DNA of 64,000 nt from Antedon mediterranea (lineage: Eukaryota; Animalia; Echinodermata), in contig NC_092676.1 of assembly GCF_964355755.1 (NCBI RefSeq), positions 24,198,871 through 24,262,870 on the forward strand, given 5' to 3'. A model generated the notes under the pieces. It had not been told where the DNA came from, searched no databases, and saw only the letters and a program-made list of their open reading frames with translations. Shown one piece after another: positions 12,701-24,700 of this stretch (position 1 is the stretch's first letter; each line of letters starts with the position of its first letter). The position numbers and the translations under genes were made by a program.

Positions 12701-15700
12701 TATGATTAGAGGCGTGAACTGATCATGTCGGAACCACACGTAAAACCTTTCATCTAACGGAGCTCATCATCCTTTTTAGTCGCGTCGTGGTTGGTCGGTC
12801 GGTTGGTAAACACCAAGTTGAGCACGCGACTGCAGCCATGTGTATGGCCTTTTTTAATTGCCTTGGTATAACATAGATGAAACAGGCCATGTGTTCCGTC
12901 GTGTTATACGTGACGCATAGTAGTTCAACATCGTATTATGAAGATAATAGTGTAACACTCTGACCATCAGGTCAACAACCCTTTTTCACTATTTCTCCCT
13001 ACTCCATCTATTAACATTCCTAGTGGTTTCTTCCTATCCCTAGGTACTCTTTGTTCACTCTCCTATAACCCACATCCTTAATCAATTACTGTTTCCTCAT
13101 CATCATGGAATGTTCCCTTTACTAAATAGTCCCCTCCCAGTACATGCATATTAATTAGGACCGTTCCTTAAAATATGGATGTACTGGTAAGAGAAGAGAA
13201 GAAAAGGAAAAGAGCTTTGTAGAATAAAACATTTATAATAGAGAGAAGAAAAGGTATGTAATATAGCCAGAACAGACTGTATTACATTGCATATTTAAAT
13301 AAAGCTGTATCTGACCATAAACCATATTTGCTGTTGGTACATTTTGTGACTGTGTGAAATCCTGCCGCTGAGACTGTATGATGTAGTAACGGATACACAA
13401 AAATACCACCGTTACAATAGTGTCTCCATAGGCCAAGCAATTTAATTTAGTTAATTATTTCCTAATCTTGTATTTGATTGCATTAATCTATAAAAAACAA
13501 GGTTCACTAATTTACTTCAAGTAATACACGAAATAAACACGCCAGTTGAATCACGTATTTCAGTACTTGATTAGTCTACCTTTTGTATTAGTAAATGTAT
13601 TATGACCTGAAAGTCTCTTGGGACTACGGTACATCTTGCAGTGATCACAAGCTACAAGTTTAAACTTGGGATACAAATTATTATGAAACAAAATTATGTA
13701 TTGAAATAGAAATAAATTGAGTTAATCTCACAATTAAAAAAAACGTATTACGGTGTTTTAGATATGGTAATTTAGGAAGAAGATCATTACCATCAATCAT
13801 ATTCATCTTTTTGTTTATTTTGTAATCAGTTCAAGGAGTGAATGATGACCTATAGCCGCAGATTCACTTTGCATCTTCAAATTTGATTCTTTTTGTTTGT
13901 ATAAAGAATATGTGTTTAATAAATATCATTATGTCATTTATCATTTTTATCATATTGCCATTTTAACAAGTACAGAGGCATGTACTTGTTAAAATGACAA
14001 CACTTAGGCCAGGTGCGGGCAAAACATTTCTATTCATCACATTCTAATACTTATCGATTATAATGTTTATTGTGCTACACGATTTAGTTGAAAATAAGCA
14101 CTTTATGTAACAGATTTGATCAGATGCGGTGGAGCAGCAGCCAGCGTGAAAATCTTTTTAGTTTTTCTATTTTAAAAAGGTTTGCGGTTTTGTGTCCACC
14201 CCACAGGAACTAAGTATTGTCATTCCATGTGGCGTACAGCAGAATAGACTGGTTCCACATTTTCTTAATATTATTTAATAAACACATTTTGTTAATAATC
14301 CTGTTAGTTTTTCTACTTTTTAAAAAGTCTGCGGTTTTTTGTCCACCCCAGAAACTATAAGTAGTGTCATTCCACGGGACGAACAGCAGACGGATTCCAC
14401 ATTTGTTATTATTTCATAAACACATTTGTTAATAATGATTTAAATGTTTCAAATAATTTGACTTACATCGGCGTACATAAAAATATGAAAGCATTCCATT
14501 CTCTGATTAGTACCATTTGACCTTTCAGACGCAATGGTGACATGTTTCCCTCGTTCTCCAGGCAATCAGAATCTACAAAAGAAGGTGAAAGATCAAAAGA
14601 AACAGGAAACATTCAAAATGTAAAGGCACTATGTTGCATGTATAGTCATATCAGGCCGATAGGGTGCAAGTCCACTGTACATTGTTGACATTAGTACCAA
14701 GTAAATAAATATGAAACTACTTTTTGTTGCAAGGAGGCGCATTCGTGATGATGTACCTTTTTTTCCTTTTCAGAGACTTTATTCAATAATATTTTCTTTA
14801 ATACATATTTTAAATTTAAAATTGACATTCATGCATCCAATAAATACTTTTTAAAAAAAACACTCATATTAAAACAAAAATTACTTTCTATAAAATTCTT
14901 CTTGGTTAATTAAGAAGATAATCTGTTATATTACCTTGGTTTACAATGATGTAACTAATACTATTACAAAAGTATATATCATACAGTAAAAAACAATCAG
15001 CGAATGGGTTTTTTAAATTTTGAATATCGTTGTTTTGCGCAAATCCGTTTTGAACGTTGGGAAGTCCAACCAGGGAAGGAAGAGTGAAGTGTGTAATTTC
15101 ACTCTTTCCTGGTCCAACGAAAAGCCAATGATGAGACATGCCGGCTCCTCGTTCACTACAAGAACTACAGTATAAAACTATAACCCCTATTTAGGGGAAG
15201 CCTTCGGGACTCAACAATCCCCTTAACAGTGGTGTCCTGAATTGGGGTTAAACCATATTTGTCCCTCGTTCTGTTCCCTTAGTGCCCCCAGAGGATGCTG
15301 TATTTTCTAATTTAATTTACAGTACTTATTTATTTTGGTCCAGAGCCATCTGGATCCCTACCTATTGATCACGCGAGATTCCGAGATTTTATACCCAATT
15401 GATAGAATTAGGCCTATAAACCTGGACACTAATCGAAGTGATTATGATCACCTTCAATCGCAGTGCAAAGATACTGGGAATTCCCGATATGAAACGCTAC
15501 TGACTACTACGATATAACGATCAAAGATTTACGCTGGTCTACAGTTTTTACAGAACCGGTTGGTGAAAGTTCGATTGACGTTCCATAGGTCAGCCTGCGT
15601 CTGGTTTGATTGTGTTGATTTTTGCCTTCATTTATTGTGGATGTGTAGGCCTAGTATCTAGATACCATGGATGAATCGGTAGGTAAATTAGGTGGCATGT

Positions 15701-18700
15701 CATTGTTAAGTTGTACTGTGTACCCATTCCTATTTATTTTCGGAATTATTGAGTATCAACGAAATTAATAATGTAAATCGATATTATACCATGTGCTGGA
15801 AAACATAAAATATCGTATTGTAATGCATTTTATAGATGAATATGTATGGGTGTGGTGGGTCACGTGGTGGATGTATGTATGAAGCGAATGCACTTGAGAA
15901 AATGAACTCGGGCTAAAAATAACAGTAAAGCGATTTACGCGACTTATTTATGTAGTATGTCTACGGAAACGATTGGCAAAATTACAGAGGTTGCCTGCCT
16001 CCGGTTTTATTGTTAATTTTGTCTTCATTGTTGTACAGTAGCACGTAGGCCCTACGGTGTCTATAATACGATAGGATAACATGGATGTATCGGTAAGTAC
16101 AGTAACATTACTACTTGGTCATGTTTTAAAGTTGCCGTATTCAATGGCTCCAGTGGTTAAAAGGCAGTGCGACTGTATGCATGTGTATTAGACCTAGTGA
16201 GCGGTCGAGGACTTTCTTCATTCTCAAAGTCGGAGAGTGTAGGCCTACACGTTTACAGATATTCATTTTCCAATCAAATTATAATGTAAATCGATATTTA
16301 CCACCATGTGCCGACAAACATAAAATATCACACAGTATATCATGAGAACTTAGACGTTTAATTGTTTAAATTTGTACACATGTTATTCAAATTTCACATG
16401 GTTTGTATTTAATAATTTTCTTTTTATTTCTTCGCAGCCATTGATATCTCAACCACCACGCGAACCAAGCATAGGCGGCCATGTCTACCAGTACGATCCA
16501 ACCACTGCAAAGTTAGTCAGCTCCATTCCAGCAGTTCACAAAAGTAGCCAGACGCTGACTAGACAATTATACAGGACTACTGCCGAACTATCGCAACATG
16601 TTGAGTGCCTTCGGCGCGACCTGCATGGAAACATTAGCTATGAGCAATTTATGGCAGGTAAGTAATTACCGATGTGTGAAACCGGGTTCTCCGCCATGTT
16701 AACTTCATTCAGAGTTTAGTCACATATATTCACTAATCCACCAGTACAATAACGTAACCATTCCTTATTCATGTATAAGAATACCACGTTCACACGCAGA
16801 ACTCTCTTAAGCTTTACACCTTAACCCTGAAACAAGAGGAAAAGGATCTTTAACACGTTATCAATGATCGTTCCTTTCAGACATGCTATCCCATAATGAG
16901 ATAATGTTGGCCAAGCGACAGTTCATGCCATATGACTACATAACATTTGAGATACTTTCGACTCCAAACTTTCCAGTTGTAGCAGAAAAGAAGAACATGA
17001 CACAAGGCAGAATACTTCTTACAAACCGTAGAATGATTATGCTGACTAACGAAAGCACACGTCATCAGAGTATGTGTTTTACAAAGCTTTTTATATATGG
17101 TTGCTAGACAATTCCTAATGCGAGTCGATTTCTAACTGAATGTGTCGATAGGATAAATAGAAAAATACGCGAATGATGGTGATGCTTGTACCCATTCCAT
17201 CATTTTCTCTAAAGATTGTTTCTTTTCATATGTCCAAAAGCTCTCCAAACTAGAATATGGTATAAGGCCTACATCTTCTGGTAGAACGTTTTACTCATCA
17301 AGGCACAAATGACAAAAATAAATGAATAGGCCTATGTACGGTAATACATCTTTCTTTGCAAAATGAAATAGTATTTTATAATTTAATAATGATTGATTAT
17401 ATCTGCTTTTGTTGTAACCTCATCCATTGCAGTATTCAAGTTATTATTAATTATGTTATCTATTATTTTAGGAACGGAAGTTGTGGCATTTCCACCCGGA
17501 GCCAAAAAACCTGATAAATATTTCCTGAAGTGTGAGGTCGGCGATACTTTCCATTATCAGTTCTTGCCGTTAAAGAACGTTCGAACTGTTGAGGTTGATG
17601 CCATGTTTGGAGCTTCCATGTCTACATACATTAACAGCCAAGAAGTATGTTGGCCTCTCAATATGCTTAGTTGGTTTGGGGTGAGTAGGCCTGCTTTATT
17701 TTAGTTATACGCCGTGTACATCGTATTTAAGCTTGGTTTCCACTTTGGACGCAACCATAGTCAGCCGAAACGTAGGCCTAAATACGTGTTGCAAGTATCA
17801 CAGACGACGTAAAGGATCATCCGAACTGTCGCTTGTGATTGTTCAACTCACGGTATGGAGTCACTGCGTTGCGTCCAAGTAGGAAACAGGCTTAATAGCA
17901 AGTATTTAAATGTATCTCAATATCGTGTCGTAAATCAGGGAAATCCCTGAGTAAATCTTCTAATAAAAAAGCAATGTTCTCAACAATGACATTTTTTCTT
18001 TAGCATGCGATGTGTCTGAAGAACTGGAAAGAAACCGATCGCAGCTCAAACCCATCACTAAACCAACGCATCTTGAAACTTAGTGTTGATCTGCCGCCAT
18101 GGGGAAACCCATGCATTATCACCATCTACGTGAATCCGACCACACATATTCTTCTCGTCAAAGACTTTCTTTGCGACTTACAAGCGTATGGGCCGGCAAT
18201 GGAACTTGAAACTTGCCAGAAACATTGCTAAGCAAAGCACTTGTTGAACCAATGAATGAATTCTGCAACACAGTCCATTTATTTAAATTTAAGGAACAAA
18301 TCCATAACAACGCACATTCTTTTTCAGTACCGTTAACCATTAAAACTATAATTCTCTTTTAAACAGGGAGGCTAAACTTACCCCTGGTATTTCACTTCGC
18401 TGCTTTTAAACATTAAAATAAATATATGGTTTTAGAATAAGAGTTTTGAATAGTGGAAATGATCTGGTTAGGTTTACTACAAACTACAGTATATGTTACG
18501 ATCTTCAAATCTATTCACTAAATGGAAGAAAATCCTATTTTAGTGTGATTTTCCTTTTTGTATTTTTTGTTGTATATATGGAATTTTTATTTATTTTTAT
18601 CACTATCTGGTTAAAATACGGTTAAAATTGGTTTGTTTTGTGGTGTTTTTAGTAAAGTAGATGTTCATTATAGGCCCTACAACGGAGTTTTGTACACATA

Positions 18701-21700
18701 AATTAAAATGTTTCCAACCGAATTTTGTAGTATTTGTTTTGATTTGAATGGATCCGCCTAATACCATGTCATTCATTTATTTTTTGTTTTTTCTCTTTTG
18801 TTCTAGAGAATTCTTTATTTTATATTTCAATAAGAAAGAACAATGGATTAGAATTTTAAACCAATGAGTTTACGTTACGTTACGTTACCCATTTCTAAAC
18901 AAATAATGATAAGTTGAATCAGGATATCATAGATACCGTAGGTCGTAACATTTCTACGTTTGAAAGTAGACATTCATTAAATTCGCCAAGAGGGAAAAAC
19001 AAGCGTTTTAAGGCGAAAAGAAAAGAATGATACCGACATAATACTAAATTATAAGGATCAAGGATCAGTCCGGTAGACGTTGATAGATATTACTGTAGCA
19101 GCAGTGAGTAACGCCAATTTAACGTTTAAGAATACATTAATGATGACGTGTCAGACGTAAATCGGGCGACATAACGTAACGTTATATTAGTTTAGTCTTT
19201 AATTTATTTATTTTAGGTAGCCTCTTAACCGTGGTTCCCACCATGGATACCTCCATGTTCCCACTAGCGACGCAACGCAAGGACGTAACGCAACGCAAGT
19301 GAATTGACCAATCACAAGCGATGGCTTATTCGCTTGTGATTGCTAACTGTCTATAACCTCGCTTGTCATTGGTCAAAACGCTTGCGTTGCGTTTACGTCC
19401 TTGTGTTACGTTCTAGTGGGAACCAAGCTTTAGTATACACGTAACTCATTGATGTCAAAGAGGACCCTAAAAAAGGGAAATTGAAATAAAGAAACATTGA
19501 AGTTACCACGATAAGTATTGAGTTTCATGTACGACGTGACAAACACCACTTTTATTCACATTAATATCATAGTAATGCCATCACCATAAATCTTATTATC
19601 ATATCATTATTTTCATTATTATCACATTTTTGTTATGTTCTATTTTTTATTATTAAAATTTAATCAACTTCATCAATGGTAGTCCTATAACATTTTGTAA
19701 ATTCAATTTATAATTCCATATTACCTCCGTGGACCTAGGTACATGCTCTGGTGATACAATTAGTGGGTAGGCCTATAACCATGACCGGTATTACCATAAT
19801 TTTATCTCTAATCAGATTAAACTAGTCAATCACTTTTCCTCTAAACGAAATTTTGAATACCATTAGCAGGGAAGTATCAAGAATTCACTGAAACGCTTTA
19901 TTGGCTCGTTTCCAGGTACTTATGTTGCCGAACTTGGAAATTCCCCGGTATGGAACGCCAATTAGGAGTAAAAACATACTGTACCAGTAACAAAAAGAAA
20001 GCGTGCGTACGTAATGCATACTATGCACACATTATGTTATTATATTACTGGACTTAAAACATTTCGAACAATGAATAAATCTGGAGTTTTACATTTCTAC
20101 AGAGTTGTTTATAAACGTTTCTGACCTTTCTGGCGCACCGTAGTTGAGGTCGTTCATCTGCTTGTTTTCTCATGGTTTTGCATGAGTGAGTACATTACAG
20201 ACTCTGGCCTATAAACCCATTCTATCATTTTGATTGTTGATGTGCAGCAGCATTTTTCATGTTTGGATGAAATTTCATTAAAATATAAAATCATATGGAA
20301 GCATCGGTAAGTGATTGTAGAATGAGTAGGGCGTATGCAGGCATGGCGTATGGGAGGGCACTGGCCAGAACCACCGTGGTTATTGAGTCATTATTTTACT
20401 TCCTCCTTATTGTATTATCCTTGGGTGGGTAGCGCTTCCGTTCCAGACGAAAGACCCCGTTGACCTGCCGTACATAACACGTTCAATCGTAATAATTATT
20501 TCTTTCGAGCGTGAGGATAGATGCACAAGACTAAGTTTAAAATTGTACGTATTTGTATTATTTTTGCAATTTCGTGTGAATAATGCGCCAGTCTCTGATA
20601 TGTGGATCGCGCAAAATACCCTTAAGTGAAATTAAACAGCACAATTAGGCCTAAATATTATGTCTTTACAGTCTTTCTTATCTTCAATGTCATTCTATGA
20701 TTTTCTATATACCGTAACTTTTCGTGATATCAATGTGTTTATATTGATGCTATACATTGCGCTTAATCTTACTTGAATCTTACTTGAATCTTACTTGAAT
20801 CTTACTTGAATCTTACTTGAATCTTACTTGAATCTTACTTGAATCTCATGATTAAGGCAAATGCCTTTTAAACGCCCTCCATTTCTTCTGTATTTATCTA
20901 GAATTGGTAGCAAAATTTATCTCCCATTGCTCTGCCTTCGTTTAGTCAGGGAAGAGTTAAATTTAACTCTTCCCTGGTTTAGTTGATCCTTGAATGCATT
21001 TATGTTTTCTGCTTGTACTTTAGTGTGGTATAGATTGTTCCATGTGTTGACGATTCTACTTGAAAAGGAGTGGCTTCTGATTTTCAGTCGGGCTCTTGGC
21101 TTTCTTAATTTGAATTGATGGCCCCTTGTTCTACTGTTCTAAAGTCAAAAAAGGTTTCGGCTTCAATATCATCCAAGCCCTTGATAATTTTAAACACTTG
21201 TATAATGTCCGCTCTCCTTCTTCTGTAATTCAGTGTAGGTAATCCAAGCTCTTTTAATCTCTGATCGTAAGATTTATCTCTTAACTTTTTGACAATTTTA
21301 GTGGCCCTACGCTGCACTCTTTCAAGCTTATCCAAATCAGAAAGGCCCTTACCATATACAGCTTGCGTATTCCAGATGAGGTCGAATTACACTTTTATAA
21401 AGGGGCAGTTAAGAGTCAGGATTGTTACCCTAGAGTTCTTTTTCACCAAACTTACATAAAATAGGCACTACTTAGTAAATATGTAACTTTTGTCGCGCGG
21501 TTTACGTGTTATCCTTTTGAAATTTGGAAGTTTAGGCATGAACGCGATATCACGGCGCATTTAGGCCTACTGCTTTTTTATTTATTTATTTATTTATTTA
21601 GCAACATATTTATACAGGATAATACACAATCAAGTAGAAATAAACTTGTTTTGCATTGTGGTCCTGTCGACAAAAACGGCTAAAAAATAGAGCCTAATAT

Positions 21701-24700
21701 TAATAAACGGACTATGTTTCTATTTCAAAGATTGCCATGACTCAACCAAGCGGAGGATATGCGTCTGTTTACCACTATGATCCACTCTCTGTAAACGTCG
21801 TAAACTCCATTCCGGGCGTTCACAAAAGTAGCCAGAAGTTGACTCAAGAATTAAACAGGACTGTTGCCCAACTAGCGCAAAATGTTGAAGCCCTGCGAAG
21901 CGACCTCCATGGAAACATTAGTTATGAGCAATTTATGGCAGGTAAGTCAGAACAGAATTATTGGGCGCCCGACGTTTGCATTAAAAGCTTGGTTCCCACT
22001 AGAGACGCGACGTAACGCAACGTAAGTGATTTGACCAATCACAAGCGATGGATTGTTCGAACAATCGCTTGTGATTGGTCAACTTGCTTGCGTTGCGTCT
22101 CTAAAGCTTGATTCTCACTAGCGACGCAACGTAACCTACGCAACATAAGCAGATGCACTTCCAATAATTGTGATTGCCCCCGCCTGCGTGAAATCAAACC
22201 TGCGAATTTTGCAGCACTGTTGCGTCGTTGGTTCCCACTTGTGATTACGCAATACATCACTTTGCGTCTATACGTCGTTGCGTTGCGTTCTAGTGGGAAC
22301 CACGCTTAATGAGAACCAAGCTTAAGTGTTACTACGGTTCACACTAGTTCCGTTTCACCGGCGCAGGCAAATCAAAGCAATATTGAACGTTCGCCTTCTT
22401 CCACGAAACGAATAAGTATCGGTATTAACTATTATCCCTTTTGTACCATACCGTTTTATCATTATACCGCTGTATTTTACAACTCAATGGTTTTATAGTC
22501 ATTACAACTGTTAATACCTGTACTATCTATTCCCTTAATAAGCTAGCTATGATATTCTTATCTTCTTAAATAATCAATTATAACTTGTAAAATTTGTAAA
22601 TACGGGCTGTTGACTTTCTACTTGTGTGGGAAATGTTCCACTTCAATGCCTTCGCAAAATTGACACCTCGAATGTTATAAATGAGGATTTTCACTGCAGG
22701 AGTTTATATCCGTGTATTTGCCGTATCCTCTGGTTGAGTGGGTTCGAAAGCTCTCTGGCTGCTAATAATAACATTGAAAGAAAACTGGAAAACGAAACGC
22801 GATTTCCGGATTTAGAATAGAAACCGGACAGGAAATATGGACGATTTTAAACTTTCTTTTTATCCATTACATTACATGGATGTTAGGTATGCATTCATAA
22901 ATAGGAATAAACAGTAACTATGCCCATAATGGGCTTGTAAATTAGATCCATGCTATGACGCACGGCAAGCGACTATACTAGTTAATCCGTAACTCCTTTT
23001 TTTTAAACTCTGTGCGGAGCAATTAGAAACTATTAGAATTTTGCCGAAGCGAAAAACTCGCAGAAAGGGATTTGGAAAATAAAAATATCAATAACGCATG
23101 CGTTAGGCCTATTCATATGCGTATTAAGCTGACATTTTTTTGTTATCTCGGCAGCTTAAACCAGTCACTCGCTTCTCTAAACCCCTACATTAATACCTTA
23201 TTAAACGAGACAGAAATTATGAACACCAGAGAGTTATTAAAATTCACAGAAACGCTATATTGACTTATGTTGCCAAACTTGGAAATTCCCCGGTATGGAA
23301 CGCCAATTAGGAGTAAAAACATACTGTACCAGTAACAAAAAGAAAGCGTGCGTACGTAATGCATACTATGCACATATTATGTTATTATATTACTGGACTA
23401 CATTTCTTTAGTTTATAAACGTTTCTGACCTTCTGAGGTCATTTATCGTCTGCTCTTCTTCTCATGGTTGTGCATGAGTGAGTATATTACAAACGATGGC
23501 CTATAAACCCATTCTATCATTTTGATTGTTGATGTGTAGCAAAAGTTTTTATGTTTGCAAGAAATTTTATTAGAAACTATTCGAATTTTGCCGAAGCGAA
23601 AATTTCGCAGAAAGGGATTTGTAAAATAAAAATAAGAATAACGAATGGGGATGCGTATTAATTAAGCTGACACTTGATTCGCGTGAACAAATTCCTCTGG
23701 AAAACAGGCATATTTTCCCGTTCGCGTTCGCGTGAATCGAAAACGTCAGCTTATACGCATGCGTATTCATGTTTTCATCTTCCAAATCCCTCTCTACGCA
23801 TGCGTATAAGCTGACGCTTTCGACACGCGCGAACAAATTCGCCTAGTGGAAAGTCAGCAAAGGCGGCGATGGGTGCATAACACTAAACATTTTCCGTTAC
23901 TTTTTTTTATAGACACGCTTTGTCATAATGAGATCGTATTGGCCAACCGACAGTTCATGCCATATGACTACATAACATTTGAGTTATTGGCGAGTCCAAA
24001 CTTTCCAGTTGTACCCGTTAAGAAAACCATGACACGAGGCAGATTGTTCCTCACAAACCGGAGACTGATTATGCTGTCTAACGAAGGCACTCAAAGTATG
24101 TGTTTTACATTGTCTTTTGATAAGGGCTAGCCCAGGTTATCACTAAGATGCTATCGAGCTTTCGATTGCGAACAAGTCATTCATTGTGCGCATGGGGGAA
24201 AGTTGGGAAGTTCTTCCTCTATTTCCTCGACACAGTTGTGGTTTCTAGGTTCAGGCGACGACGACGACCGGACGACAACCGACCGACGACATCAATTTGT
24301 ATGTCGTGTTCGTGGTTCGTTGCAAACCGTAAGCGCCCTAATTTCAATGATTTACCTTATACATTATTGTTTTCAATGTTTTTCTATAGAGAATGAATGT
24401 TTTGAATATTTGTTCAAGTAAAAAGAAACGAAATAAAGCTTACACTAAATGTGAAGATTGAATTACATTATCATGTTTTGTAGTATCGTTATCTATTCAT
24501 GTACCGTCTGAATTATTTTAGAAACGGAAGTTGTTGCAGTTCCTCCAGGCAGTACAAAAAAACCTAGTAAATATTCCATAAACTGTGAAGCAGGTGATGC
24601 ATTCCACTATCAGTTCTTGCCGTTAAAGAACGTACGAGCTGTTGAGCTTGATGCCATAGTTGGAGCTTCCATGACTACCTTCATTGACAGCCAAGAAGCA

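Noticed and set aside
14906-15139. 77-aa minus-strand ORF in sGC intron 4
   Set aside because: No convincing phase-1/phase-1 splice pair and no homology; exons 4 and 5 join in frame.
20765-20846. Regular short repeat array, considered as CRISPR-like
   Set aside because: Units are contiguous with no spacers, the context is eukaryotic, and it sits at a CR1 3' end.
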